Assembly (NCBI GenBank): GCA_030550275.1
Contig: JAUQPR010000001.1
Span: forward strand, 177,766-241,765
Length of the DNA: 64,000 nucleotides
From: Bacteroidota bacterium
GTDB lineage: Bacteria; Bacteroidota; Ignavibacteria; Kapaibacteriales; HRBIN21
Reading direction: 5' to 3'
Numbering within the stretch: the first letter of the stretch is position 1; every line of letters begins with the position of its first letter. Shown here piece after piece: positions 9,775-21,400 of this stretch. The notes beneath the pieces were generated by a model. It saw only the letters and a list, made by a program, of their open reading frames with translations, did no database searches and was not told the origin of the DNA. A program made the translations under genes and the position numbers.

Positions 9775-10596
9775 ATGAGCCTGGATCTCAAAGCACAGGT
9801 ACGCGGGTACTGGGACCAGCAGCCGTGCGGGACGCAGTTTACCGAGCTCCCGTGGGGCTCGCCGGAGTTCTTTGCCCAGGTCAAACGCTTCCGCTACACC
9901 GTTCAGCCCTTCATGCACCGCTTGATTGGGTTCGAGCGGTACCGAGGGAAGCGACTGCTGGAGATTGGCTGTGGACTTGGGACCGACCTGGCGGAATTTG
10001 CCCGGCATGGGGCGCTGGTCACCGGAATCGACTTGAGCCCGCAGAGCCTGCAGCTTGCACGGCGACGCTTCGAGCTGGAGGGGCTGCCTGGGGAGTTCCT
10101 CATCGCCGATGCGGAGCAACTGCCCTTCCCAGACGCCAGCTTCGACGTGGTCTATTCATTTGGGGTGCTCCATCACACGCCCGATATCGAACGCGCCATC
10201 GCTGAGAGCCATCGGGTGCTGGTCCCGGGTGGCGAGCTCATTTTGATGCTCTACCACCGCCACTCGCTTCACGTCTGGCTGGGGACACCACTGTACGCGG
10301 CAGCTCAATTGCGCCGCAGCTCCTCTGCAGCGCTACTGCGCCTTCCGCTGGAGCTGCTCCGCCGCTGGCACTTCTGGGCAGCGGAATGGGTGCGCGTCTA
10401 CGATGGGACGGCAAACCCGCTGGGGCGTGCCTACAGCAGAGCCGAGCTTCGGAGGCTGCTGAGCCAATTCCGGGATATCCGCTTCCAGCTCTGCGATCCG
10501 GTTCGGCGCCGATTCCCACGCTGGGTGAATTGGCTCAATCAACAGGTACTTTCCCGCGTGGCTGGCTTCTACCTGCTTGCCCGCGCATGGAAGTGA
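9775..10596 (+). CDS. Class I SAM-dependent methyltransferase
   Basis: Motif I LLEIGCGLGTDLAEFARHGALVTGIDLS, post-I acidic residue, VVYSFGVLHHTPD. Confidence 0.8.
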   Translation: MSLDLKAQVRGYWDQQPCGTQFTELPWGSPEFFAQVKRFRYTVQPFMHRLIGFERYRGKRLLEIGCGLGTDLAEFARHGALVTGIDLSPQSLQLARRRFELEGLPGEFLIADAEQLPFPDASFDVVYSFGVLHHTPDIERAIAESHRVLVPGGELILMLYHRHSLHVWLGTPLYAAAQLRRSSSAALLRLPLELLRRWHFWAAEWVRVYDGTANPLGRAYSRAELRRLLSQFRDIRFQLCDPVRRRFPRWVNWLNQQVLSRVAGFYLLARAWK

Positions 10597-12083
10597 GGGC
10601 TGCTCTCCGAATCCGCTGGCTCTACCGCATCGGGCTACTCTGCTTCACGGTAGGGCTTGCCGTAGTATACCTACCCGTCTGGCACGGCGATGCCGCCATC
10701 TACCTACCGTACGTGCGCTCCCTTGCCCAGGGACGCTGGATGGAGTTCAACCCTGGGGAACCCTCCTCTGGGGCAACCAGTCCGCTCTGGGTGCTCCTAC
10801 TACTGCCGGGCTGGCTCGCTCTGGGTGTTGATGGCTTCAAGCTCACCGGGGCTTTCTGGACCCTCGTTGCCGTGCTTGCTGCCTACGAAGTGGCATTGCG
10901 CCACAGCTTCTGCGCCCACACTGCCGCGCTCGTTGCCTTGACCGCTGCGGTTTGCTGCATTCCATGGGGCTTTTTGGGCTACGAAACCCCTCTTGCTGCA
11001 CTGGCGGGGATGCTTGCGCTTCGGCTTCACAGACTTCCCAGAGCCGCGCTCTTCGTTGCCGCCGCACTGCTCCCGTTGGTGCGTCCCGAGCTGTGGCTCG
11101 TGCTCTGTGCTGCGCTCGTGGCAATGGCACTGCGGCGCAGAACCTCTGAAACTCTGCTTGCTGCAGCAGCGCTGCTCCTTCCGGCAGCCTACTCCGCCCT
11201 CATGCATGTGCTCACCGGAAGCTTCTCCAGTTCAGGGTACTGCCGAGCCCTGGCTCTGCGCGAGTTCGCACAGCTCCGTTTAGGCTTCCTGGCGTTCAAC
11301 GGTCAATTCCTGTTGCAGCTCGTGCAGAGCGGGCTGCTGTGGCTTCTGCTGGCTCTTCCACTGGGGATTGCCCGGCTGTGGAGGCAGGATCCTCCGAGGG
11401 CGCTTGCGACCACACTTGGCGCCGGCGCCGTGGTGGGCTTCTTCACCATCGTTGCTCCGCCGAATATGCTCCGCTACCTGGCTCCGGTCGCCTTTGCCCT
11501 GGGGTGGCTGGGCAAGAATGGGCTTGCCAGCCTCCGGCTGCTGGAGCGTCAGCGCCTCCGTCAAGGAGCCTTTGTGCTATTGGCAGCGGTGATGAGCCTC
11601 TTCCTCCTTGCCCACGGCTGGCGCGACTTGCAGCGGGGCTACGCCTTTGAGCTCATCACCGAGCGGGAGTGCGCCGAGCGACTCAATACCCTTGCCGAAC
11701 CCGGCGCCATTGTGCTGGCGTATGAGGTGCAGATCCGCTACTGGTTGCGCCCCGATTTGAAGGTCCTGAGCCTGGACGGCGTCACCGACGGCAAGATCGC
11801 CCCCTACGCCGAACCAGCAAGGGTAGCGGAATTCCTCCGCGCCTATCGCCCACGATACTGGGTGGCGAACATCGCCGTTGAACGGCGCCCCTTCCTTGCC
11901 AGTAGCGTGCTCGAACGCGCCCTGCGCTCGACCTCGCCGCAGCAGCCGATCTACGAAGAGGAGGGTATCCGCTTTGAGCTGCTGGAGCGCTTCGATCCAC
12001 AGCGGCTCCCGCGCGGCTTTTACGGCTGTACGGCGCTGTACCGCTTGAGCTATTCGGACCCGCCCCCGACAAGTTCCCCGTAG
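10587..12083 (+). CDS. Large polytopic membrane protein with a C-terminal soluble domain (GT-C-like glycosyltransferase?)
   Basis: Track ORF 10386..12083; start at MEVRAALRIRWLYRIGLLCF (10587), overlapping the methyltransferase stop by 10 nt. About 10 TM helices followed by a ~180-aa hydrophilic domain. Family guess is weak. Confidence 0.5.
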   Translation: MEVRAALRIRWLYRIGLLCFTVGLAVVYLPVWHGDAAIYLPYVRSLAQGRWMEFNPGEPSSGATSPLWVLLLLPGWLALGVDGFKLTGAFWTLVAVLAAYEVALRHSFCAHTAALVALTAAVCCIPWGFLGYETPLAALAGMLALRLHRLPRAALFVAAALLPLVRPELWLVLCAALVAMALRRRTSETLLAAAALLLPAAYSALMHVLTGSFSSSGYCRALALREFAQLRLGFLAFNGQFLLQLVQSGLLWLLLALPLGIARLWRQDPPRALATTLGAGAVVGFFTIVAPPNMLRYLAPVAFALGWLGKNGLASLRLLERQRLRQGAFVLLAAVMSLFLLAHGWRDLQRGYAFELITERECAERLNTLAEPGAIVLAYEVQIRYWLRPDLKVLSLDGVTDGKIAPYAEPARVAEFLRAYRPRYWVANIAVERRPFLASSVLERALRSTSPQQPIYEEEGIRFELLERFDPQRLPRGFYGCTALYRLSYSDPPPTSSP

Positions 12084-12086
12084 GCG

Positions 12087-13073
12087 ATGTGGATTGTGCG
12101 ACCGCACTCCAAGCCGATTGCCCCTCCCGTCCCAACGCTCAGCGTTGGGAATCTGCGCATTGGTGGGACGGGCAAAACACCTGTGGTACAAGCGCTTGCC
12201 CGCTACTGCTTGGCGCAGGGCATCCGTCCGGCGATTCTGCTGCGAGGGTACCGGCGCCGCTCCCGCGGCATGGTGCTGGTCAGTGCAGGGGAGGGTCCGT
12301 GCGTGCCCTGGCAGGATGCCGGTGATGAAGCATGGCTCCATGCATGGAAGCTCCCGCAGGCACTCGTCCTTGTGGACCGACGTCGGGAGCGCGCCGCACT
12401 CACTGCCGTTGCCCACGGAGCAGAGCTCCTGCTCCTGGACGACGGCTTCCAATACCGTCGGCTCGGGCGCGATGCCGACCTTGTGGTGATAGACCCTGCA
12501 ACGCTCCGCGCGCGTTGCTGCATCCCCTTTGGGACGCTTCGCCAGCCCCTGCGGGCAGCCCGGCGAGCAACGCTGCTGCTCCTGTGGGAGGAGCTCGCCG
12601 GCAATCCGCTTCCGGCAGAGCTCGCCGGACTGCCGACGGTGCTGCTCCGCTTCCGCAGCGGGATGCCCTACCGGCTGGACTCTACCGGGGCAACACATCC
12701 ACTGCAACAGCCGCCCGACCGCCCCGTGGTCGCGTTCGCCGGCATCGCACGCCCCGAACGCTTCCGCAGCACGCTCCTGCAGCACGGTTGGCACCTGGCA
12801 GCCTGGTACGGTCTGCCCGATCACTACCGCTACGGTCGCGCGACTCTGTGGTGGCTTCTGCAAAGCTGCCGCCGCTACCGGACACCCTGGTTAGCGACAA
12901 CGGAGAAGGACGCCGTGCGGCTTCTCCCGCTGCTTCCCCGGCTTGAGCGCGCCGGATGTACGCTGGCAGTCTTCCCACTTGAAGCTGAATTCTGCGGTAA
13001 CTCGGCACCGCTCTGGGAACTACTCCAGCGGCTGGTGGAGCAGGCTCGCCGCGCGCGCAAAGACCTCGCGTAG
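12087..13073 (+). CDS. lpxK: Tetraacyldisaccharide 4'-kinase (lipid A biosynthesis)
   Basis: P-loop LSVGNLRIGGTGKTPVVQALA is typical of LpxK; length 328 aa. Confidence 0.85.
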   Translation: MWIVRPHSKPIAPPVPTLSVGNLRIGGTGKTPVVQALARYCLAQGIRPAILLRGYRRRSRGMVLVSAGEGPCVPWQDAGDEAWLHAWKLPQALVLVDRRRERAALTAVAHGAELLLLDDGFQYRRLGRDADLVVIDPATLRARCCIPFGTLRQPLRAARRATLLLLWEELAGNPLPAELAGLPTVLLRFRSGMPYRLDSTGATHPLQQPPDRPVVAFAGIARPERFRSTLLQHGWHLAAWYGLPDHYRYGRATLWWLLQSCRRYRTPWLATTEKDAVRLLPLLPRLERAGCTLAVFPLEAEFCGNSAPLWELLQRLVEQARRARKDLA

Positions 13074-13718
13074 CATCACCGGAGTTAGCCGTCCGGTAAA
13101 GGTGTTCTGCTGGCTGGGATGGTACGATGCCAGCAGGAACGGCGCCCCTGGGGAATGCAGCAACAGCCCATGGGCAAACTTCGGCGTCTGGGGAGCTGTC
13201 CACCACCGGCGCTGACGGAACAGCCGCAGACATTCGGCAAAGGCGATTGCCCCCAACGCCACCACCCCTTGCAGGCGCGGCAGGAGCCGCACGGTCTGCT
13301 CCAGGAAGTCTCGGCATGCGGCAATCTCCTCCCGCGTAGGGCGATTCTGCGGAGGTGCGCAGTGGACAACGGCGGTGATCACCGCATTGCGCAATCGCAG
13401 CCCATCCTCCCGAGAAACCGAGCTCGGCTGCGTTGCGAAGCCAGTCTCGTAGAGCGCCCGATAGAGCACGTCTCCGGAGCGATCGCCAGTGAACATGCGC
13501 CCCGTACGGTTGGCACCATGGGCAGCCGGAGCAAGCCCAACGATGAGCAGCTCTGCATCGGGCTCCCCGAAGTTGGGGACCGGATGCCCCCAGTAGTCCC
13601 ACTCCTGGTATGCACGGCGTTTGCGCTGGGCAATCTCCTGGCAAAACGTCCGCAGTCGCGGACAGCGCTGGCAGGCAACGATGCGCCGCTGGAGGGTCTC
13701 CCACTCAGCCGAGCTCAT
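13020..13718 (-). CDS. Uracil-DNA glycosylase, family 4 (4Fe-4S type)
   Basis: CQRCPRL cysteine motif, GEPDAELLIVGLAPAAHGANRTGRMFTGDRSGDVL, HPSQQN. Start at MSSAEWETL (13718). Convergently overlaps the lpxK 3' end by 54 nt. Confidence 0.8.
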   Translation of the reverse strand: MSSAEWETLQRRIVACQRCPRLRTFCQEIAQRKRRAYQEWDYWGHPVPNFGEPDAELLIVGLAPAAHGANRTGRMFTGDRSGDVLYRALYETGFATQPSSVSREDGLRLRNAVITAVVHCAPPQNRPTREEIAACRDFLEQTVRLLPRLQGVVALGAIAFAECLRLFRQRRWWTAPQTPKFAHGLLLHSPGAPFLLASYHPSQQNTFTGRLTPVMLREVFARAASLLHQPLE

Positions 13719-13938
13719 GCCAGCCTGGGGTAGCCTGTTCGCCGGTGCAGCACTCCTCCAGGACGTTCTTGCAGTTGGGGCACTGCCCATGCCCGTGTAT
13801 CCAGAGGAGCGGTCCCGTGTAGCGGCAGTACGGGCACGTAATGACAGCCGACGCGCCCGTCTGTGCACGGGGCTCAGAGAAGGGAAGACGCTGCTGTCGC
13901 TGCACCACCGATGGAGTATGGTGCCGGGAGCGCTTCAT
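13705..13938 (-). CDS. Small zinc-ribbon protein (77 aa), hypothetical
   Basis: ATG at 13936-13938 gives MKRSRHH...ITCPYCRYTGPLLWIHGHGQCPNCKNV with a CxxC...CxxC ribbon. It lies 44 nt downstream of the rpoC stop and overlaps the UDG start by 14 nt. Third-position GC is consistent with coding. Confidence 0.35.
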   Translation of the reverse strand: MKRSRHHTPSVVQRQQRLPFSEPRAQTGASAVITCPYCRYTGPLLWIHGHGQCPNCKNVLEECCTGEQATPGWHELG

Positions 13939-13981
13939 TGCTCGCTCCGCGGGCAAATGGACAGACACGCGCAAGCGACAA

Positions 13982-16900
13982 CTACTCCTTCCGCCGCCGC
14001 TTCACCGCAGGCTCTGCATTTGCAGACTCCGCATCCACAGGCTTTGCCGCGCTCGGCTGTGCCACCACTCCAACCTCGGCAGCAGTTGCCGTGAGAGTCT
14101 CCTTCCGCCGCCCCTTTGCCACGGGCTCTGCATCCACGGGCTCTGCCGAGGCGCGCTCCAGTTGCGCCAGCTCGGGGAGCTCGCCCTCCACCGAGACGAG
14201 CATGTCCTGGTAATGGCGCAGCCCTGTCCCCGCAGGGATGAGCTGCCCGAGGATGACGTTCTCCTTGATCCCCTGCAGCCGGTCCACTTTGGCTGCCAGG
14301 GCTGCTTCGGTCAGCACCCGCGTGGTCTCCTGGAAGGAGGCTGCCGCCAGCCAGGATTCCGCCTGGAGCGCTGCTTCGGTGATACCCAAGAGCACCGGCT
14401 CCGCCGTTGCCGGCTCTGCATCGCGCGCCTTGGGCGGGCGCTTCTCGCGCTTCTGCAGCTCCAGGACCGTCTCGCGGAACTTGCGGCGCGGCACGACCTC
14501 GCCCACGTGGTACTTGGAATCGCCCGGATCGGTCACGACCACGCTGTTCTTGAGCCGCTCGTTCTCCTCTTGGAATCGGATGCGGTCCACGTAGTCACCC
14601 TCCAGGAACATCGAGTCCCCGGGCTCGACCACGCGCACCTTCTGCAGCATCTGGCGGATGATGATCTCCACGTGCTTATCGGCGATGGAGACGCCCTGCA
14701 TGCGGTAGACCTGCTGGATCTCCTGCAGCAGGTACTCCTGCACCGCTTGCACCCCTTTGATGCGGAGGATATCGTGTGGGTCGATCGCGCCCTCGGTGAG
14801 CCGTTCTCCTGCGCGCACGATATCGCCTTCCTGCACCAGGATGTGCCGGCTGGCAGGGACGCGGTACTCCTTCTGCGTGCGCCCGTCAAAGCTGGTGATG
14901 GTGATGATGCGCTTGCCCTGGTCACGCCCCTCGCCCAGGCGCACCGAGACGGTGCCGTCAATCTCGGCAACGACGGCGGGGTTGTGCGGATGGCGTGCCT
15001 CGAAGAGCTCCACCACGCGCGGCAAGCCACCGGTGATGTCCTGGAGCTGGCGGATCTCGCGCGGGATCTTCGCCACGATTTCGCCAGCGGTGACGCGCTC
15101 ACCATCCTCGACCATCAGATGTGCCCGCGCCGGGATCACCTCGGTGTGCAGCACCGTACCATCATCGCCGAGGATCTCGATGCGCGGCGTCAGCCCCCGC
15201 TCGCGCGGCTCGATGACGACCTTGGTCAGGTGCCCGGTCTGCTCATCGGCTTGCTCGCGGTAGGTGACGTTGGGTCGCAGGTCGCGGTAGCGCACCTGTC
15301 CGGAGACACGCGCCAAGATGAGCGAGTTGTACGGGTCCCACTCGTAGAGCCGCTCTCCGCGCTGTACTGGCTGCCCATCGCGCACGTAGAGCTTGGCACC
15401 CACAGGCAGCTCGTGGCGCACCAGCTCCCGATTCCCCTCCGGTTCGACGATCAGCAGCGTTGCCCCGCGCGCCAGCACGACCTCGACATCCATGCCATCG
15501 TCGGACTCCTGGAGTGCCGAGACCAAGTTCTGCAGGCGCACAATGCCGGAGAACTTCGCCGTAATCTCCGACTGTGCCGCTGCCAGCAGCGCTGCTCCTC
15601 CCGTGTGGAAGGTCCGCAGCGTCAACTGTGTTCCGGGCTCTCCGATGGACTGCGAGGCGACCGTCCCCACGGCTTCGCCTATCTCCACCAGCCGTCCGGT
15701 TGCCAGGTTGCGTCCGTAGCACTTGGCGCACACCCCACGCGGCGCCTCGCAGGTGAGCACCGAGCGGATCATCACGCTCTCGATCGGGCTTTCCTCGATG
15801 CGGCGTGCGGCTTCCTCATCGATGAGCTCACCGGCTCGCACCAGCACCTCTCCGGTCAGCGGATGCACAACGTCCACCAGGGCAACCCGACCCAGCACGC
15901 GCTCGTAGAGCGAGATCTCCAGCTCGCCGCTCTCCTTGATCTCGCGCACCTCGATGCCGCGGATTGTGCCGCAGTCCTCCATCGTAATGGTGACGTCCTG
16001 GGCTACATCGTGCAGCCGGCGCGTCAGATAGCCGGCATCGGCGGTCTTGAGCGCCGTATCTGCCAAGCCCTTGCGCGCTCCGTGCGTGGAGATGAAGTAC
16101 TCCAGGATGCTCAACCCCTCGCGCAGGTTCGAGATGATGGGGTTTTCGATGAGCTCGGCTCCGCTGCCGTAGGCGGTCTTCTGCGGCTTTGCCATCAGCC
16201 CGCGCATCCCGCCCAGCTGCCGGATCTGCTCCTTGGAGCCGCGCGCCTGCGAGTCGAGCATCATCCAGAAGGTGTTGAAGCCGTCCTGGTCCTGCTCCAG
16301 CTCCTTGTACAGGTAGTCAGCAATGTGGTTGGTCGCCGAGGTCCACGCGTCGATGATCTTGTTGTAGCGCTCGTTCGCCGAGAGGATGCCCGCCATGTAT
16401 GCTTCGTGGTAGCGGTCCACCTCCTGCTGCGTCTGCCGGATGATCTGCTCCTTCTCCTTGGGCACGATGACGTCCCCGATGGAGACGCTCAAGCCCCCGA
16501 TCGTGGAGTAGTGGAAGCCCATGTCCTTGAGGGCATCCAGGAACTCCACCGTGCGCGCCAGCCCAACGGTGCGGAAAGCTTCGCCGATGAGCTGCCGCAA
16601 GCGCTTCTTGGTGAGCAGCTCGTTGACAAAGCCCAACTCTGGCGGCACAATCTGGTTGAAGATCACGCGCCCGACCGTTGTCTCGATAAGCTCACCTCGG
16701 ATGCGTACGCGGATCTTGGCATGCAGCTCCACGTGTCCGGAGTCGTAGGCAAGGAGCACCTCCTCCGGTGAGGCAAAGACCTTGCCTTCGCCCTGGGCAC
16801 CGTGGCGCACCTTGGTCAAGTAGTACAGCCCCAGCACCATATCCTGGCTGGGCACGGCGATGGGCTCGCCGTTTTGCGTGTGCATGATGTTGTGCGGCGC

Positions 16901-18403
16901 CAGCATCAGCAGCAGTGCCTCCAACTGCGCCTCGTAGCTCAAGGGCACGTGCACTGCCATCTGGTCGCCGTCGAAGTCCGCATTGAACGCTGTACACACC
17001 AGCGGATGGAGCTGGATGGCTTTGCCCTCGATAAGGCGCGGCTGGAACGCCTGAATGCCCAGCCGGTGCAGCGTCGGGGCACGGTTGAGCAACACCGGAT
17101 GCCCATCGATGACCTGTTCGAGCGCATCCCAGACGACCTCATCCTTGCGCTCGACCAAGAGCTTTGCCCGCTTTGCCGTCCGGGCGTAGCCGCGCTCGAC
17201 CAGCTTCCGGATGACAAAGGGCTTGTACAGCTCGATCGCCATATCCTTGGGCAAGCCACACTCGTGCAGCTTGAGCTCGGGTCCAACCACGATGACCGAG
17301 CGTCCGGAGTAATCCACCCGCTTGCCCAAGAGGTTCTGTCGGAAGCGCCCCTGCTTGCCGCGCAAGGATTCCGCCAGCGACTTAAGCGGGCGCTGCCCGG
17401 CGCTGCGCACCACACGGCGCGAGTTATCAAAGAGCGCATCCACCGCCTCCTGCAGCATGCGCTTCTCGTTGCGCATGATCACCTCCGGGGCGCGGATGGC
17501 GATGAGCTTCTTGAGCCGATTGTTCCGAATGATGATACGCCGGTACAGCTCGTTGAGGTCGGAGCTGGCAAAGCGCCCGCCCTCCAGTGTGACCAGCGGG
17601 CGCATATCGGGCGGAATGACCGGGATGACCTCCAGGATCATCCACTCGGGCTTGTTGGGCTTGTGCCCTTCGCGCGGCAGGAACCAATCCAATACGCGCA
17701 GCCGACGCAGGATGTCTTCGCGCTCCTGCTTGGAGATCGGCTCCTCGGCGAGCCGCTTGCGCAGCGCCCAGTACTCCTGCTCCACATCCAAGCGGCGCAG
17801 CAGCTCGCGCAGCGCTTCAGCTCCGGTCATTGCCAGGAAATGCTCCGGCTCCTCCGGATGCTGCCGCTCCCGCTCTGGGAGACTCTCCAAAATCTGCAGG
17901 TACTCCTCCTCGCTGAGCAGGTCGCCGGTGCGCAGCCCTTCGTTCTCCTTCGAGCCCGGCTGAATGACGACGTAGGACTCGTAGTAGGCGATGCGCTCGA
18001 CGTCGCGGCTGGGCATGCCCAGCACCAGTGCAATTTTGTTGGGCGTATAGCGCATAAACCACGTATGCACCACCGGCACTGCCAGATGGATATGCCCGAA
18101 GCGCTCGCGCCGCACCGAGCGCTGCGTCACCTCCACCCCGCACCGGTCGCACACAATCCCTCGGTAGCGCACTCGCTTGTATTTCCCGCAGGCGCACTCC
18201 CAGTCCCGAATCGGTCCGAAGATCTTCTCGCAGAAGAGCCCGTCACGTTCGGGGCGGAAGGAGCGGTAGTTGATCGTCTCCGGCTTGAGCACTTCGCCGT
18301 AGGAGCGCTCCAGGATCGTCTCCGAGGATGCCAACGAGATGCGCACCCCGGAGAAGCCCTTGCGCGGAATCAGCCAGCTCTGCAGTGCCTGCATGGCATC
18401 CAC
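13982..18403 (-). CDS. rpoC: DNA-directed RNA polymerase subunit beta'
   Basis: N-terminal zinc-binding region ([36 protein letters not shown]), catalytic [14 protein letters not shown], trigger loop and the other conserved blocks. 1473 aa with a repetitive basic C-terminal tail. Confidence 0.97.
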   Translation of the reverse strand: MDAMQALQSWLIPRKGFSGVRISLASSETILERSYGEVLKPETINYRSFRPERDGLFCEKIFGPIRDWECACGKYKRVRYRGIVCDRCGVEVTQRSVRRERFGHIHLAVPVVHTWFMRYTPNKIALVLGMPSRDVERIAYYESYVVIQPGSKENEGLRTGDLLSEEEYLQILESLPERERQHPEEPEHFLAMTGAEALRELLRRLDVEQEYWALRKRLAEEPISKQEREDILRRLRVLDWFLPREGHKPNKPEWMILEVIPVIPPDMRPLVTLEGGRFASSDLNELYRRIIIRNNRLKKLIAIRAPEVIMRNEKRMLQEAVDALFDNSRRVVRSAGQRPLKSLAESLRGKQGRFRQNLLGKRVDYSGRSVIVVGPELKLHECGLPKDMAIELYKPFVIRKLVERGYARTAKRAKLLVERKDEVVWDALEQVIDGHPVLLNRAPTLHRLGIQAFQPRLIEGKAIQLHPLVCTAFNADFDGDQMAVHVPLSYEAQLEALLLMLAPHNIMHTQNGEPIAVPSQDMVLGLYYLTKVRHGAQGEGKVFASPEEVLLAYDSGHVELHAKIRVRIRGELIETTVGRVIFNQIVPPELGFVNELLTKKRLRQLIGEAFRTVGLARTVEFLDALKDMGFHYSTIGGLSVSIGDVIVPKEKEQIIRQTQQEVDRYHEAYMAGILSANERYNKIIDAWTSATNHIADYLYKELEQDQDGFNTFWMMLDSQARGSKEQIRQLGGMRGLMAKPQKTAYGSGAELIENPIISNLREGLSILEYFISTHGARKGLADTALKTADAGYLTRRLHDVAQDVTITMEDCGTIRGIEVREIKESGELEISLYERVLGRVALVDVVHPLTGEVLVRAGELIDEEAARRIEESPIESVMIRSVLTCEAPRGVCAKCYGRNLATGRLVEIGEAVGTVASQSIGEPGTQLTLRTFHTGGAALLAAAQSEITAKFSGIVRLQNLVSALQESDDGMDVEVVLARGATLLIVEPEGNRELVRHELPVGAKLYVRDGQPVQRGERLYEWDPYNSLILARVSGQVRYRDLRPNVTYREQADEQTGHLTKVVIEPRERGLTPRIEILGDDGTVLHTEVIPARAHLMVEDGERVTAGEIVAKIPREIRQLQDITGGLPRVVELFEARHPHNPAVVAEIDGTVSVRLGEGRDQGKRIITITSFDGRTQKEYRVPASRHILVQEGDIVRAGERLTEGAIDPHDILRIKGVQAVQEYLLQEIQQVYRMQGVSIADKHVEIIIRQMLQKVRVVEPGDSMFLEGDYVDRIRFQEENERLKNSVVVTDPGDSKYHVGEVVPRRKFRETVLELQKREKRPPKARDAEPATAEPVLLGITEAALQAESWLAAASFQETTRVLTEAALAAKVDRLQGIKENVILGQLIPAGTGLRHYQDMLVSVEGELPELAQLERASAEPVDAEPVAKGRRKETLTATAAEVGVVAQPSAAKPVDAESANAEPAVKRRRKE

Positions 18404-18421
18404 GATATCAGTGCGACGGAC

Positions 18422-21400
18422 TTACGGCAGAATCTCCATCTCAAGTCCCAGCCCTTGCAGCTCGCGCTGCAGCACACGCACGGCTTCGGGAACATGAGGA
18501 TTGGGCGTTGGCTTGCCGTTGACCAACGCGTTGTACAGCTCCGAGCGTCCGACGACGTCGTCGCTCTTGAGCGTGAGCATCTCCTGTAGCGTAAAGGCTG
18601 CACCGTAGCCTTCCAGCGCCCAGACCTCCATCTCGCCCAGGCGCTGTCCACCCATGCGGGAGCGCCCGCCCAGCGGCTGCTGTGTGATGAGCGCATAGGG
18701 ACCGGTCGAGCGGGCGTGGATCTTGTCCTCGACCATGTGCACGAGCTTCATCATGTAGATGTAGCCGACGGTAACCCGCTCGTTGAGCGGCTCTCCCGTG
18801 CGCCCGTCGTAGAGGATGGTCTTGCCATCAGGCGGCAACCCGGCTTTGCGCAGCCACTCCTGCACATCCTCCCAAGAGGCGCCATCGAAGACCGGGCTGG
18901 CGAAATACACCCCCAGTTTAGCTGCTGCCCAGCCCAGCGCCGTCTCCAGGAGCTGCCCCAAGTTCATTCGCGAGGGCACACCCAGCGGGTTGAGCACGAT
19001 ATCCACCGGCGTGCCATCGGGCAGGAAGGGCATATCCTCGACGGGCACGATCTTGGCAACCACTCCCTTGTTGCCGTGGCGTCCCGCCATCTTATCGCCG
19101 ACCTGGATCTTGCGCTTCTGCGCCACATAGACCTTTGCCATCTTGAGCACCCCGGGAGGCAGCTCCTCTCCGGCTTCCAGGCGGCTCAATTCGGCTCGAA
19201 TTCGCCGTTCAATCTCCTCGCGCTTGCGATGGTAGTTCGTCAGGAGCTGCCGCACCAGGTGCATCACGTGCTCATCCTCCACCCATGCATCGCCTTCGCC
19301 GGGGATGGGGAGCTTCTCCGGGTGGAATTTGCCCTGCTCGAAGCGCTTGAGCAGCTCCTCCTCCGAGAGCTTCGTTCCGGCGCGCAGCACAACGCGCCCA
19401 TCAATATCGGAGATGCCCAGGCAGCGCTGCCCTTGCAGGAGCTTGCCCAGGCGGAGAACGCACTCACGGTCGAGCCGTCCCAGCTCCTCCCGGCGCTTCT
19501 TCTCCATCTCCTCCCGGCGCTGCCGCTCCGAGCGGGTCCGGCTCTGCCCGTCCTCGTAGAAGTGGCGGCTGAAGAGCCGAGTGTTGATCACCACGCCGTG
19601 TAGCCCTGCAGGGGCGCGCAGCGAGACGTCCCGGATATCTCCGGCTTTATCGCCGAAGATTGCCCGCAGGAGCTTCTCCTCCGGCGTTGGGTCTGCCTCG
19701 CCCTTGGGCGTAACCTTCCCGATGAGGATATCCCCCTCGCGCACGCGCGTTCCCACGCGCGCCAAGCCATTGGGGTCCAGATGGCGAATTTCCTCCTCGC
19801 TGACGTTGGGAATATCGGGCGTGAACTCCTCCTCGCCGCGCTTTGTATCGCGCACCTGCAGCGTGAACTCCTCAATGTGAATCGAGGTGAAGACATCCTC
19901 CGCCACCAGGCGTTCCGAGATCACGATGGCGTCCTCGAAGTTGTAGCCCCGCCACGGCATAAAGGCAACGAGCACGTTCCGCCCCAGTGCCAGTTCGCCC
20001 CGGTCGGTGGCTGCCCCATCGGCAAGTGGCTGTCCTCGGCGCACCCGCTCGCCCACCCGCACCAGCGGACGCTGGTTGATGCAGGTATCCTGATTGGTCC
20101 GCACGAACTTCTTGAGCCGGTAGGTGACCACCTCCGGTTCGTCGAAGCTCACCAGGCGCTCCTCCTCCGAGCGGGTATCATCGTAGCGCACGCGGATCTC
20201 ATCGGCGCTGACGTATTCGACCACGCCATCCCCTTCTGCCAGGAGCAGTGCTCGGGCATCGCGCGCGATTCGGGATTCCATTCCCGTGCCCACCAGCGGC
20301 GCCTCCGGACGGATGAGCGGCACCGCCTGGCGCTGCATGTTCGAGCCCATCAGCGCACGGTTGGCGTCGTCGTGCTCCAGGAAGGGGATGAGTGCAGCCG
20401 ACGCGCTGGTGATCTGGTCCGTGGACACATCCATGTACTCGACCTCCTCCGGCGATACCAGCACGAAGTCGCCGGAGCGGCGTGCATGGACTCGCGGGAC
20501 GGCGATACGCCCATCGGCATCCACCGGTGTGGATGCCGGGGCGATGATCTTGTCCTCCTCCTCGTCGGGGCTCAGGTAGTGAATCTCATCGGTCACCCTA
20601 CCATTGACCACGCGCCGGTAGGGCGATTCGATGAAGCCGTACTCGTTGATGCGCGCGTGCAGCGCAAGGGAGGAGATAAGCCCGATGTTGGGTCCTTCGG
20701 GCGTCTCGATTGGGCACAGGCGCCCGTAGTGGGTGTAGTGCACGTCGCGCACCTCAAAGCCGGCGCGTTCACGGTTCAGACCACCCGGACCCAAGGCAGA
20801 GACACGCCGCTTGTGCGTGAGCTCTGCCAGCGGGTTGGTCTGGTCCATAAACTGTGAAAGCTGGTTGGTGCCGAAGAACTGGTTGATGACGCTGTTGATC
20901 GTGCGGGCGTTGACAAGCTCGGCTGGGGTGAGCGGCTCCTCACCCGAGTAGATGCTCAGCCGCTCCTTAATCGTGCGCGCCATGCGCGACAGCCCCAGCA
21001 TGAGCTGAGCCGTGAGCTGCTCCCCAACGGTGCGCACTCGGCGGTTTGCCAAGTGGTCCTGGTCATCCACATCGCGCCGGTCTTCGCGCACCTCCAGCAG
21101 GTAGCGGATTGTGGCAAGCACGTCTTCGGTGGTCAGGTGCGTTACCTCCAAGGGGACGCTCAGCCCCAGCTTGGTGTTGAGGCGGAAGCGCCCGACGGTA
21201 TCGAGCTCATACCGCTTTGGGGAGAAGAAGAGCCGCTCCAGCAGTTGCGCTGCGCTCTCCAGATCCGGCGCCTCGCTGGAGCGCATTTGCTTGTAGATGT
21301 ACTCCAGCGCTTCCTCTCGGCTCCGCGTGGGATCCTTGGAAAAGGTGCGTACCAGCACGGGCTCGTTGTCCAGGTCTTTGTGGCAGAACATGCGCACCGA

